Of a stretch of 24,000 nt of DNA, positions 1-9,850 are shown piece by piece. The notes beneath the pieces are model-generated. The model worked only from the letters and a program-made list of their open reading frames with translations, had not been told where the DNA came from and made no database searches. The number at the start of each line of letters is the position of its first letter. Positions within the stretch are counted from its first letter, which is position 1. The translations under genes were made by a program, and so were the position numbers. The stretch is from assembly GCF_958350005.1 (NCBI RefSeq), contig NZ_CATWFF010000001.1, positions 6,616 through 30,615 on the forward strand. The letters run 5' to 3'. This DNA comes from an uncultured Megasphaera sp. (GTDB lineage: Bacteria; Bacillota; Negativicutes; Veillonellales; Megasphaeraceae).

Positions 1-4
1 CGTC

Positions 5-40
5 AGCAGCCTTTGGTAAGGCTGCTATTGTTGTTTGTTC
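5..40 (+). terminator. Probable intrinsic terminator of the gene upstream of murE
   Basis: Perfect 9-bp stem AGCAGCCTT (5-13) / AAGGCTGCT (18-26), 4-nt loop, followed by T-rich ATTGTTGTTTGTTC. Confidence 0.55.
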
Positions 41-69
41 TGCCACAGCGAATAGATTGAGGAGGATAT

Positions 70-1572
70 ATGATGAAAACAGTAGGAGAACTTTGCAAGC
101 AAATGAAGGGAATATACAATCTGGACGGCGCCGCCAATACGCCTGTTACGGGGATTACGTCTGATTCCCGTAATGTACAGCCCGGTGATTTGTTCGTCTG
201 CATTTCCGGCGTCCATGTCGATGGCGCTGCCTTTGCCGCTCAGGCCGTTGAAAAAGGGGCAGTTGCCGTACTGACGACAAAACATCTGGATCTGCCGAAG
301 GGAACGGTTCAGATTATGACGCCGGAAATACATCACGCCCTGGAAGACATGGTGCCTTATTTTTATGATTATCCCGGAAAAAAGATGCGCATGATCGGCG
401 TTACCGGCACGAACGGCAAGACGACGACGACCCACATTATTGCTCATATCCTGCGGGCTGCAGGCCATCATGTGGGCGTTCTCGGCACGATTCATGCCCT
501 CATTGATGACGAAGAACTGCCGATTCACAATACGACTCCTGATGTAGTAGAACTGCAGCGCTTTCTGGCGCTTATGCTGGAAAAAGGCATGACTCACGTC
601 GTCATGGAAGTATCCAGCCATGCCCTGGCACTGAACCGGGTAGCAGGCATTGAATTCGATACGGCTGTATTTACCAATCTGACGCAGGATCACCTCGATT
701 TCCACAAGACCATGGAAAATTACGTCGCTGCCAAGGCCAAGCTGTTTCAGAGCCTGTCGGCGCCGGATCACGTCAAAGATAACAAGACGGCCATTGTCAA
801 TATTGATGACGACTGGGCCGATCATATTCTCCGGGCCTGCCACTGCAAGGTACTGACGTACGGCGTAGAAAAGAAAGCAGACCTGCAGGGCTCCAATCTG
901 AAAGTAGAACTGAAAAAATCGTCCTTTGACGTCACCGGGCCTTTTGGCAGTGTTCACCTCAATATGAACATTACCGGCCTGTTCAATGTGTACAACACGC
1001 TGGCCGCCATTGGTGCCGCTCACGCCGAAGGTGTCGATACCAAGACCATTGACAGCGCCATTCAGACCTTCCATGCTGTTGCCGGGCGGTTTGAACTGGT
1101 TGAAGCGGGCCAGGATTTTGCCATTGTCGTCGATTATTCCCATACGCCGGACAGCCTGGAAAAGGCTTTGACCACAGCACGGGCCATGAAGCCAAACCGC
1201 ATCATTGCCGTATTCGGCTGCGGCGGTGACCGGGATCGGACGAAACGGCCCATTATGGGGAAAATTGCGGCCCAGGAAGCAGATATTCCCATTGTTACCT
1301 CTGATAACCCCCGCTCGGAAGATCCCGAAGCCATTGTCCGGGAAGTCGAAGCCGGCGTAGAACAGGGCCTCAAGCCAGGTCAGCACCATGAAGTCATTGT
1401 AGACCGCCGCTCGGCTATTCGCCGGGCTGTAGAACTGGCAAAGACAGGAGATATTATTCTCATTGCCGGCAAAGGTCATGAAACGTATCAGATTTTAAAC
1501 AGCGGCACCATTCATTTTGACGACCGCGAAGAAGCGCGCAACGCCGTGCTGGCTCGAAAGGGGAATCACTGA
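70..1572 (+). CDS. murE: UDP-N-acetylmuramyl-tripeptide synthetase (meso-DAP adding type)
   Basis: 500-aa ORF with GGAGG RBS; Mur ligase ATP motif GVTGTNGKTTTTH; motif SDNPRSEDP (DNPR, typical of meso-DAP-adding MurE). Start may be 70 or 73. Confidence 0.96.
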   Translation: MMKTVGELCKQMKGIYNLDGAANTPVTGITSDSRNVQPGDLFVCISGVHVDGAAFAAQAVEKGAVAVLTTKHLDLPKGTVQIMTPEIHHALEDMVPYFYDYPGKKMRMIGVTGTNGKTTTTHIIAHILRAAGHHVGVLGTIHALIDDEELPIHNTTPDVVELQRFLALMLEKGMTHVVMEVSSHALALNRVAGIEFDTAVFTNLTQDHLDFHKTMENYVAAKAKLFQSLSAPDHVKDNKTAIVNIDDDWADHILRACHCKVLTYGVEKKADLQGSNLKVELKKSSFDVTGPFGSVHLNMNITGLFNVYNTLAAIGAAHAEGVDTKTIDSAIQTFHAVAGRFELVEAGQDFAIVVDYSHTPDSLEKALTTARAMKPNRIIAVFGCGGDRDRTKRPIMGKIAAQEADIPIVTSDNPRSEDPEAIVREVEAGVEQGLKPGQHHEVIVDRRSAIRRAVELAKTGDIILIAGKGHETYQILNSGTIHFDDREEARNAVLARKGNH

Positions 1573-2957
1573 TGGCTTCCTTTTCACTGCAAGACGTACT
1601 GCAGGCAACAGGCGGCACTGTAGCCTGCGGGAAAAGGTCTGAACAGCATTTTTCCGACGTGTCTACCGATACGCGGACTATTGCGCCGCAGTCCCTGTTC
1701 GTCGCCCTGAAAGGGGAAACCTTTGATGGCCATGCCTTTGTGGCGGCAGCAGCTGAAGCCGGCGCTTCCGGCGCTGTCGTATCGGAATGGCGCGATGCAT
1801 ACCGCAGCCTGCCCCTGACAGTGATTGTCGTAACGGACACGCTGCAGGCCTATCAGGATCTGGCCCGGTTCCACCGGCGCCGTTTCTCCATTCCCGTCAT
1901 TGCTGTAACGGGCTCTGTCGGCAAGACATCGACGCGGAATATGATTGCTACCGTTCTTTCGCAAAAACTGCAGGTCCTGCAGACAGAAAAGAACTTCAAT
2001 AATGAAATCGGCTTGCCCCGGACGCTGCTCCAGCTGACAGACCGGCATGAAGCCTGCGTCGTAGAAATGGGCATGCGCGGTCTGGGACAGATTGCAGCCC
2101 TGGCGGCCATTGCCGAGCCGACAATCGGCGTCGTAACCAATGTGGGTATCTGCCATATTGAGCTGCTGGGCTCGCAGGACAATATTGCCCGGGCCAAAGG
2201 GGAACTGGTAGAAGCCATTCCGGCCAATGGCACGGCTGTATTAAATGGTGACGACCCCTATGTCTCCGCCATGGCAGACAAATGCCGCGGCACCGTCGTT
2301 ACCTATGGCGAACAGGCGCAGGCTGATGTACAGGCCTGCCGGATTTCGGCAGATGAACGGGGTGTGTCCTTTACGTGCCAGTCAGGAGGGGAATCCTTTG
2401 ACGTAACGGTGCCGGTTATTGGGCGGCATCACGTATATAATGCCCTGGCAGCCGTAGCCGTTGCCAGACTGACCGGCGTGACGACAGAACAGATACAGAA
2501 AGGACTGGCTTCCTACGCCGGCATGCCCATGCGGGAGGAACTGATTCATATCGGCGGCTGTACGTTTATTAACGATACGTATAATGCGAATCCGGCCTCC
2601 ATGGCCGCTGCTGTCCAGACGCTGGCTCATCTGACGAAGGGCCGCAAAATTGCGTTCCTCGCCGGTATGGGCGAGCTGGGACAGTGGGCTAAGAAGGCTC
2701 ATGAAGATATAGGCCGCCTGGTTGTAAAAGAGCATATTGACATTCTGATTACGCTGGGGACGCTGGCAGAAAACATTGCTTCTGCTGCCCGCAGTGAAGG
2801 AATGACGGCCGTGTATACGACGGAGACGCATGCCGAAGGGGCTGCGCTCCTGCAGTCTTTGTTGAAGCCGGGGGATACGGTTCTGCTCAAGGGATCCCGC
2901 AGCTTTGCCATGGAAAAGATACTGCCTTATATGGAAAGGAAGTCATGTGAATGTTAA
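1572..2957 (+). CDS. murF: UDP-N-acetylmuramoyl-tripeptide--D-alanyl-D-alanine ligase
   Basis: Start overlaps the murE stop; GSVGKTSTRNM P-loop, NNEIGLPRTLL, NDTYNANPASM motifs. Confidence 0.96.
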   Translation: MASFSLQDVLQATGGTVACGKRSEQHFSDVSTDTRTIAPQSLFVALKGETFDGHAFVAAAAEAGASGAVVSEWRDAYRSLPLTVIVVTDTLQAYQDLARFHRRRFSIPVIAVTGSVGKTSTRNMIATVLSQKLQVLQTEKNFNNEIGLPRTLLQLTDRHEACVVEMGMRGLGQIAALAAIAEPTIGVVTNVGICHIELLGSQDNIARAKGELVEAIPANGTAVLNGDDPYVSAMADKCRGTVVTYGEQAQADVQACRISADERGVSFTCQSGGESFDVTVPVIGRHHVYNALAAVAVARLTGVTTEQIQKGLASYAGMPMREELIHIGGCTFINDTYNANPASMAAAVQTLAHLTKGRKIAFLAGMGELGQWAKKAHEDIGRLVVKEHIDILITLGTLAENIASAARSEGMTAVYTTETHAEGAALLQSLLKPGDTVLLKGSRSFAMEKILPYMERKSCEC

Positions 2958-3916
2958 ACACCCTGATTTTTGGATTTGCTGTCAGTTTAGTCGTCGCCCT
3001 GGTGCTGGGAAAACCGGTTATTCAGCAGCTGAAGAAATTTCATGCCCGTCAGTCTGAACGGGAAGAAGGACCGCAAAGTCATAAATACAAGGCCGGTACG
3101 CCGACAATGGGGGGCATCCTTATTTTAGCAGCCCTTGTCGTTTCCTGCCTGGTCTTCAATCCGACGGACCTGCGCAAGGGGCTGGCCTTATTCCTGACCT
3201 TGGGACACGGCGTCATTGGGTTTCTGGATGATGCCATCAAGGCGGTAAAACACCGGAACCTGGGATTGACAGCAAAGCAAAAATTACTGGGCCAGTTTAT
3301 TATGGCCGCCATATTTTGCTTTATCTTAAAAGAATTTCTTCAGTTCCCTACGACTTTGTGGATTCCCTTTACGTCACTGAATATTGACCTGGGATTTTTC
3401 TATTACTTCGTCGTATTTATCATGATCGTCGGCACGAGCAATGCTGTAAATCTTACTGATGGCCTTGATGGCCTGGCTGCAGGCTCCTGTGCCATTACGT
3501 CCGTTGCCTATGTCGTCATTGCCGTGGCTCTCGGCTATGTCAACTTTGCCGTCTTCAGCGCCGCTCTGACCGGTGCATGCCTGGGCTTTCTGTTTTACAA
3601 CCAGCATCCGGCCAAGATGTTTATGGGCGATACGGGCTCTTTGGCCTTAGGCGGGGCCCTGGCGGCAATGGCTATTTTGACGAAGACCGAACTGCTGCTG
3701 ATTCTGGCCGGAGGGCTGTACGTAGTCGAAGCGCTGTCGGTCATTATTCAGGTCGTGTCGTTTAAAACGCGAGGTGTCCGGATTTTTAAGATGAGTCCTA
3801 TTCACCATCATTTTGAATTATCTGGCTGGAGTGAAGTCAAGGTCGTTACTGTTTTTTGGAGTTTTTCCGCTCTTATGGCTATTTTGGCGATTATCGTCGT
3901 CTTGACGACAAAATAA
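2951..3916 (+). CDS. mraY: Phospho-N-acetylmuramoyl-pentapeptide transferase
   Basis: Multi-pass membrane protein; KAGTPTMGG, NLTDGLDGLA, FMGDTGSL, SPIHHHFE motifs. Confidence 0.97.
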   Translation: MLNTLIFGFAVSLVVALVLGKPVIQQLKKFHARQSEREEGPQSHKYKAGTPTMGGILILAALVVSCLVFNPTDLRKGLALFLTLGHGVIGFLDDAIKAVKHRNLGLTAKQKLLGQFIMAAIFCFILKEFLQFPTTLWIPFTSLNIDLGFFYYFVVFIMIVGTSNAVNLTDGLDGLAAGSCAITSVAYVVIAVALGYVNFAVFSAALTGACLGFLFYNQHPAKMFMGDTGSLALGGALAAMAILTKTELLLILAGGLYVVEALSVIIQVVSFKTRGVRIFKMSPIHHHFELSGWSEVKVVTVFWSFSALMAILAIIVVLTTK

Positions 3917-3963
3917 AGCGGATATGAATACATTCATTTTCATGGCAAAGCAGGTGTTGGCAA

Positions 3964-5328
3964 ATGAGCATTATGGATTTTACAGGCAAACATATACTGG
4001 TTCTCGGCGCCGGTATCAGCGGCCAAGCTGCGTCGCTGGCCCTGGCCCGGCACGGCGGCAGCGTCGTACTGAATGATAAAAAAAATATTGATACGTCAGA
4101 AAAACCATGGCCGGAACTTGCCGCTGCCGGTGTGCAGCTGGTTTTCGGCAGTCAGGATATGGGTCTTCTCGAGGGCGTGGATATTGTCGTTCCATCACCG
4201 GTTATTTCTCCGGAAATGCCGCTGGTAGCAGAAGCCCTGCGCCGCGGACTTCCTGTCTGGAGCGAAGTCGAAGTGGCCTGCCGTCTTACGAATGCGGAAA
4301 TACTGGGCGTTACCGGTACGAACGGCAAGACGACGACAACGACTCTTCTCGGTGAAATGATGAAGGCTTCAGGCCGTCAGACCGTAGTAGGCGGCAATAT
4401 TGGCGCCGGATTATCGGAACTGGCAGAAGATTTGCCGGCCACGGCCGTCGTAGTAGCCGAGCTGTCGAGTTTTCAGCTGGAATTGACGCAGACCCTGAAG
4501 CCGAAGGCTGCGGTTATTCTGAACATTACGCCAGACCATCTGGACCGTCATCATACGATGGAAGCCTATGCTGCTGCGAAAGAACGGATTTTCCGCAATC
4601 AGGACAGTCACGATTTTGCGGCGCTCAATTATGATGACGCTCGGGTTCGGGCCATGGCAGACCGGATGAAAGGTCATATTCTGTGGTTTTCAACGGAAAG
4701 GGAAGTGCCGGAAGGGGCCTTCTATGACGGCACCTCTCTCATCCTTCGCCTCCACGGTGCCGATACGGTTATTTGCCGGGATAGGGACCTGCATCTGTTT
4801 GGCCGCCATAATATACAGAACTGCCTGGCTGCGTCTCTTCTGGCTCATGCTGCCGGCGTATCGCTGGATGTGATCCGCAAGGTACTGATGAGCTTTAAAG
4901 GCGTAGAACACAGACTGGAAAAAGTTCGCGTCATTCATGGCGTTACGTATTACAATGATTCCAAGGGAACCAATACGGACGCTTCCATTAAGGCGTTGGA
5001 AGCCTTTTCCGGTCATTTGATTCTCATTGCCGGCGGATACGATAAGATGACGCCTCTTGATGAGTTTATGGCGCTGGCAGCGAAAAAAGTCGATACCCTT
5101 ATCCTTATCGGCAATGCAGCTGACCGGTTTGAAGAAGCAGCTAAAAAGGCGGGCATTACAGATATTCGCCGTGCCGGGTACAGTATGGAACAGGCCATTA
5201 TGATGGCCCGCAAGATTGCCAAGGCACCGCAGGCCGTGCTGTTGTCGCCGGCTTGCTCCAGTTATGATATGTATGATAATTATGAACAGCGCGGACGGGT
5301 CTTTAAAGGCATTGTCAACGCAATATAG
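3964..5328 (+). CDS. murD: UDP-N-acetylmuramoyl-L-alanine--D-glutamate ligase
   Basis: GVTGTNGKTTTTTLLGEM, NITPDHLDRH, NDSKGTNTDAS motifs. Confidence 0.95.
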   Translation: MSIMDFTGKHILVLGAGISGQAASLALARHGGSVVLNDKKNIDTSEKPWPELAAAGVQLVFGSQDMGLLEGVDIVVPSPVISPEMPLVAEALRRGLPVWSEVEVACRLTNAEILGVTGTNGKTTTTTLLGEMMKASGRQTVVGGNIGAGLSELAEDLPATAVVVAELSSFQLELTQTLKPKAAVILNITPDHLDRHHTMEAYAAAKERIFRNQDSHDFAALNYDDARVRAMADRMKGHILWFSTEREVPEGAFYDGTSLILRLHGADTVICRDRDLHLFGRHNIQNCLAASLLAHAAGVSLDVIRKVLMSFKGVEHRLEKVRVIHGVTYYNDSKGTNTDASIKALEAFSGHLILIAGGYDKMTPLDEFMALAAKKVDTLILIGNAADRFEEAAKKAGITDIRRAGYSMEQAIMMARKIAKAPQAVLLSPACSSYDMYDNYEQRGRVFKGIVNAI

Positions 5329-5360
5329 CAGTTAGTAATCTGGTAATGGGGGACGAAGAC

Positions 5361-6488
5361 ATGCGCCGAGTCATTATTTCCGGAGGCGGAACAGGCGGGC
5401 ATATTTATCCGGCAATTACGATTGCCCGGGCAATTGCCGACATCGAACCGACGGAGTTTTTATATGTAGGTTCTAAAATTGGATTGGAAAATACGCTGAT
5501 CCCTAAAGAAGGACTGCCGTTTGTTACCTTGGATGTACGGGGACTGGAACGAAAAATCTCCTTCCGCAACCTGGTTACGCTGGGGAAAACGGCGGCCAGC
5601 CTGATTCGGGCAGAAGGTATTATCCGTAAGTTTAAGCCGGACGTCGTCATCGGGACAGGCGGCTTTGTCTGCGGTCCCGTGCTGCTGGCAGCCAGCCTGA
5701 GCGGCGTGCCGGCACTGATTCAGGAACAGAACGTCATTCCTGGCGTGACCAATATGATTTTGAGCAAGTTTGTCACTCGTGTGGCCTTGGGATACAGGGA
5801 AGCGGCAGGCCGGTTCAAGCGGAAGAATATACTGGTATATACGGGAAATCCCGTCCGCAAGGATATTCTGACAGTTACAAAAGAAGAAGGGCGGCAGATG
5901 CTGGGGCTGGATCCTCATAAATTTACGCTCCTCGTAGCCGGCGGCAGCCGGGGGGCCAGAAGCATCAATTCTGCCATGATAGAAGTACATAAATATTTTG
6001 CCAATGCCAAGGATATACAAATCCTGCATGTAACAGGCGATCATGAATACGATCGGGTCGTCAAGCAGCTCGACGGCATTGACGGCAAGGGCCGCTACGG
6101 AGAAGGGAGCCGGATCATTCCCTATCTCCATCACATGCCGGCAGCCCTGGCCGCTGCTGATCTGGCCGTATACCGCGCCGGTGCCGTAGGACTGGCAGAG
6201 CTGACGGTCCGGGGCGTACCATCTATTCTGATTCCCTATCCCTATGCCGCAGAAGATCATCAGCGCTATAATGCCCAGGCTCTGGTCATGTGCGGCGCCG
6301 CCAAAATGATTCTGGACAAAATGCTGACCGGACGGGATTTGCTGGAAGAAATTCTGCACCTTAAAGAGGATCCGCAGGCCCTGGCAGCCATGGCCAAGGC
6401 CAGCAAGGCATTGGGGAAACCGCAGGCAGCCCATGATATTGCCACCCTGGCGTTATCCATTGCCCGCTGTCGGCACAGCTCTCACTAA
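5361..6488 (+). CDS. murG: UDP-N-acetylglucosamine--N-acetylmuramyl-(pentapeptide) pyrophosphoryl-undecaprenol N-acetylglucosamine transferase
   Basis: GGGTGGHIYPAI, GGSRGARSIN, YRAGAVGLAEL motifs. The ORF track starts at 5346, but the GGGGG RBS and MRRVIISGGG favour a start at 5361. Confidence 0.94.
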   Translation: MRRVIISGGGTGGHIYPAITIARAIADIEPTEFLYVGSKIGLENTLIPKEGLPFVTLDVRGLERKISFRNLVTLGKTAASLIRAEGIIRKFKPDVVIGTGGFVCGPVLLAASLSGVPALIQEQNVIPGVTNMILSKFVTRVALGYREAAGRFKRKNILVYTGNPVRKDILTVTKEEGRQMLGLDPHKFTLLVAGGSRGARSINSAMIEVHKYFANAKDIQILHVTGDHEYDRVVKQLDGIDGKGRYGEGSRIIPYLHHMPAALAAADLAVYRAGAVGLAELTVRGVPSILIPYPYAAEDHQRYNAQALVMCGAAKMILDKMLTGRDLLEEILHLKEDPQALAAMAKASKALGKPQAAHDIATLALSIARCRHSSH

Positions 6489-6511
6489 ATAAAGGATGTG
6501 TAAGAAAGACC

Positions 6512-7891
6512 ATGGTTAATCTTGACGATATACGAAAAATACATTTTGTTGGCATTGCCGGCGCAGGTATGCGGGCTATTGCCAATGTATTCATAGAAAA
6601 AGGATATGACGTATCCGGTTCTGATATCAGAGAATCGGATATTACCAGACGGCTGGCAGAAAAAGGGGCCCGCATCTGTATTGGACAGAAAGGGGAAAAC
6701 CTGGAAGATGCGCAGGTCGTCGTCGTTTCTTCGGCTATCCGCAGCGACAATGCCGAAGTCGTTGAAGCGCGGCGCCGGCAGATTCCGGTCATCCATCGTT
6801 CTGACGCCCTTGTCCATATCATGACCTGGGGTAAGGGAATCTCCGTTGCCGGTGCTCACGGCAAGACGACGACGTCGTCCATGCTGGGCCAGGTATTTGA
6901 AGAAAATCATATGGACCCGACTATTGTCATTGGCGGCGAAGTCGATTACCTGCACAGTAATTCCATCCTTGGCAAGGGCAAATATGTCATTGCCGAAGCC
7001 GATGAAAGTGACGGAACCTTTCTCAAGCAGAAACCGTACATTGCTGTAGTGACGAATATTGACGCCGACCATATGGATCATTACGGCTCACTGGCCAATG
7101 TGGTAGAAGCGTTTAAAGAATTTATTCAGAAGCTGGACCCGGAAACGGGACTGGCTGTGCTGTGCGTGGAAAATGAACGCATCCGTGCGCTGGCACCGCA
7201 CGTACAGCGCCGATATGTATCGTACGGCATTGATCAGCCTGCAGATTATCAGGCTTCCAATCTTCACTATGTGGCAGGACGGCTGCACTTTGACGTCTCG
7301 TTCCAGGGTACACACCTGGGAGAAGTGGTGCTCCATGTTCCAGGTCGGCATAATGTGCTCAATGCCCTGGCAACGATTGCCGTCGCCCTTCACTGCGGCA
7401 TTCCCTTTGCCGGAATAGCAGAAGCGCTGTCTCATTTTCACGGAGCAAAACGGCGGTTCCAGACGAAGGGAATCGTCAAAGACGTGTGGGTCGTTGACGA
7501 TTATGCTCATCATCCGACAGAAATCAATGCCACCCTGACGGCAGCCCGGGACATGGGGACGCACCGCGTCGTATGCGTGTTCCAGCCGCACCGGTATACG
7601 CGGACGAAACTCCTGCTCAACCAATATGGAGCGGCCTTTGCCAAGGCAGATGAGCTCATCGTCACCGACGTGTACAGTGCCGGTGAAGATCCCATTCCCG
7701 GCATATCAGGCAAGCTGATTGCCGATAAGGTGCGGGAAACGACAGGGCAGGATGTGCGGTATATTCCCCATGCTGATGACGTTGTTGCGTACCTGGAGGA
7801 AACATCCCGGCCTTTCGACCTGATTATCACCATGGGAGCCGGCGATATTTACAAAGTAGGCGAACGTTATTTAGAAGCAGTCAGAAAATAG
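6512..7891 (+). CDS. murC: UDP-N-acetylmuramate--L-alanine ligase
   Basis: HFVGIAGAGM, AGAHGKTTTSSM, DDYAHHPTEI, FQPHRYTRT motifs. Confidence 0.96.
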   Translation: MVNLDDIRKIHFVGIAGAGMRAIANVFIEKGYDVSGSDIRESDITRRLAEKGARICIGQKGENLEDAQVVVVSSAIRSDNAEVVEARRRQIPVIHRSDALVHIMTWGKGISVAGAHGKTTTSSMLGQVFEENHMDPTIVIGGEVDYLHSNSILGKGKYVIAEADESDGTFLKQKPYIAVVTNIDADHMDHYGSLANVVEAFKEFIQKLDPETGLAVLCVENERIRALAPHVQRRYVSYGIDQPADYQASNLHYVAGRLHFDVSFQGTHLGEVVLHVPGRHNVLNALATIAVALHCGIPFAGIAEALSHFHGAKRRFQTKGIVKDVWVVDDYAHHPTEINATLTAARDMGTHRVVCVFQPHRYTRTKLLLNQYGAAFAKADELIVTDVYSAGEDPIPGISGKLIADKVRETTGQDVRYIPHADDVVAYLEETSRPFDLIITMGAGDIYKVGERYLEAVRK

Positions 7892-7907
7892 GAGCATACA
7901 CAGGACT

Positions 7908-8846
7908 ATGGAAATGATGAAAGAGAAAAAAATCGCCGTCATCGTAGGCGGCCCTTCAACGGAAGCAGCTGTTTCGCGCAATACTGGGACCTCGGTGGCC
8001 AAAGCGCTGAATGAAAAGGGATATCATACGGAAACGATCGAGCTGGTGCCGCATGAACTGGCCAGAGAACTGGAAGAACGCCATATTGACGTCGTCTTCA
8101 ATGCCCTGCACGGCCGGTACGGTGAAGACGGCGTGCTACAGGGCATGTGTGAAATGATGGGCATTCCCTATACAGGTCCCGGCGTCATGGCCAGTGCCGT
8201 AGGCATGAGCAAAGTCATGAGCAAGTGCGCCTTTCAGGGGGCCGGTATTCCGACAGCTCCCTTTGCGTATTACTTTGCTTCCCAGGGAACGGATGCTATT
8301 TTGAAAGATCTGCACAGCCGCTTCTCCCTGCCTGTAGTCATCAAGTCTTCCGGACAGGGTTCCAGCATTGGCACGGTCATTGTTACAGAAGAATCGCAGC
8401 TGAAAGGCGCCCTCGATGAAGCCTTCAAATATGGCGATTCCATTATTGCCGAAGCCTTTCTGACTGGCGATGAATTTACGGTTGCTGTCATGGATGACCT
8501 GGCCTTTCCGGTTATTCAGATCGTGTCGTCTACAGGAAAGTACGATTATTATTCCAAATACACGCCAGGCGTGTCTACCCATCTTTGCCCGGCACCGGTG
8601 TCAGAAGAACTGACCAAAGAGATGCAGGACCTGGCGCTGCGCGTGTTCCACCTGTGCCACTGCAGCGGCGTAGCCCGCGTCGATTTGATGACAGACGGAA
8701 AGGGCAATCCTTTTGTTCTGGAAATCAATACGGTCCCCGGCATGACAGCGACCAGTCTGGTGCCGGATGCAGCCAAGGCCATGGGCCTTTCCTTTGCCGA
8801 TTTATGTGAAAAGATTCTGCTGGAAGCTTCTGTAGGTAAATTCTGA
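7908..8846 (+). CDS. ddl: D-alanine--D-alanine ligase
   Basis: ATP-grasp enzyme; GGPSTEAAVS, HGRYGEDG, EINTVPGMTATSLVPDAAKAMG motifs. Alternative starts at 7914/7917. Confidence 0.95.
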   Translation: MEMMKEKKIAVIVGGPSTEAAVSRNTGTSVAKALNEKGYHTETIELVPHELARELEERHIDVVFNALHGRYGEDGVLQGMCEMMGIPYTGPGVMASAVGMSKVMSKCAFQGAGIPTAPFAYYFASQGTDAILKDLHSRFSLPVVIKSSGQGSSIGTVIVTEESQLKGALDEAFKYGDSIIAEAFLTGDEFTVAVMDDLAFPVIQIVSSTGKYDYYSKYTPGVSTHLCPAPVSEELTKEMQDLALRVFHLCHCSGVARVDLMTDGKGNPFVLEINTVPGMTATSLVPDAAKAMGLSFADLCEKILLEASVGKF

Positions 8847-8847
8847 T

Positions 8848-9741
8848 ATGCCAAAGGACAGATACACGTTGCCCGAACTCCATCGAACCAGCGATGTGTT
8901 TATTCCTCCCCAGATTGAACACGATCCGCTGGATGACCTGACGCCGGGAAACGAAAAGAAAGAACAGCCGGAACCTGGGGAAAAGCGCCGCCGTCTGCGC
9001 CGAAAGAAAAAGGACAGCCTGCGCCGCCGGCGCCGGCGGAAAAAGCGCAGCCGCCTGGCAATCGCCGGAGGTGTTCTGGGAGTTTTGGTTCTGTGGCTGC
9101 TGCTGCGGGTGGCACCGATTTCGTTCGGCACTCTCCTTATTGAAGGCAATGAAGCGCTGACGGCAGAAGACGTACGTCGGGCTGCCGGCGTGCCAGGGTA
9201 TGTCAATGTCATTCAGCTGTCGCCGGACGATATGCAGGAACGGATGCAGAAGGATCTGCGCATCAGCGCTGTCACAGTAAAGCGGGAATTTCCGGCGGCC
9301 ATACGCATTACGCTGACGGAACGAAAAGCAGCTGCTGTTGTCCGGACGCTGTATGGCTTTGCCTATGTCGATGCCAAAGGCACCGTCATGGATATACAGC
9401 CGCAGATTCAGGGCATTTCCGTTCCCATCATTACAGGTACCAAAATGGATGCGCTCCTGCTGGGTGATACTATCAGCGACGGTCCCATTGCACGGGGACT
9501 GGCGTATCTGCAGGAACTGCCGCCGGATATTCTGAAGACCATTGCCGAAGTCAATGTGGGAAATGAAACCAACCTCATTGCCTATACGAGTGATTCCCTG
9601 CCTATTTATCTGGGGACAGGCGACCACCCGGCAGAACGGGCAAAGCTTACGGAAGAGCTGCTGCAGGAAGTGCAGCAGCGGCATATGATGGTTCAGTATA
9701 TTGATACGGATATACGGGCCCCCCTGGTCAAAAGCAAATAG
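8848..9741 (+). CDS. ftsQ: Cell division protein FtsQ/DivIB (POTRA domain, single TM)
   Basis: Highly basic N-terminus (RRRRRRKKRS), one TM helix, POTRA-like segment ISFGTLLIEGNEALTAEDVRRAAGV, located between ddl and ftsZ. Confidence 0.82.
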   Translation: MPKDRYTLPELHRTSDVFIPPQIEHDPLDDLTPGNEKKEQPEPGEKRRRLRRKKKDSLRRRRRRKKRSRLAIAGGVLGVLVLWLLLRVAPISFGTLLIEGNEALTAEDVRRAAGVPGYVNVIQLSPDDMQERMQKDLRISAVTVKREFPAAIRITLTERKAAAVVRTLYGFAYVDAKGTVMDIQPQIQGISVPIITGTKMDALLLGDTISDGPIARGLAYLQELPPDILKTIAEVNVGNETNLIAYTSDSLPIYLGTGDHPAERAKLTEELLQEVQQRHMMVQYIDTDIRAPLVKSK

Positions 9742-9850
9742 GATGGGTTTACATAAAAAAAATATGGATAATTTTTTCCAGATAGTGTAAAATAATAGAG
9801 AATCCTATGTATACAGCAGTATTCACGATTTTGAAGGAGGAAAAAGTAAC

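Noticed and set aside
1-60. C-terminal tail of an upstream gene (frame 1 stop at 58-60 or frame 3 read-through)
   Set aside because: Bases 5-26 form a perfect hairpin followed by T-rich DNA, better explained as a terminator than as coding sequence.
25-1479. 484-aa minus-strand ORF opposite murE
   Set aside because: Mirror ORF from the codon bias of murE; no recognisable domain, and the plus strand encodes a clear Mur ligase.
5460-6434. 324-aa minus-strand ORF opposite murG
   Set aside because: Antisense shadow of a well-supported murG; composition looks like a reverse-complement artefact.
8725-9684. 319-aa minus-strand ORF opposite ddl/ftsQ
   Set aside because: Spans the boundary of two solid plus-strand genes; low-complexity antisense of the Arg/Lys-rich FtsQ N-terminus.
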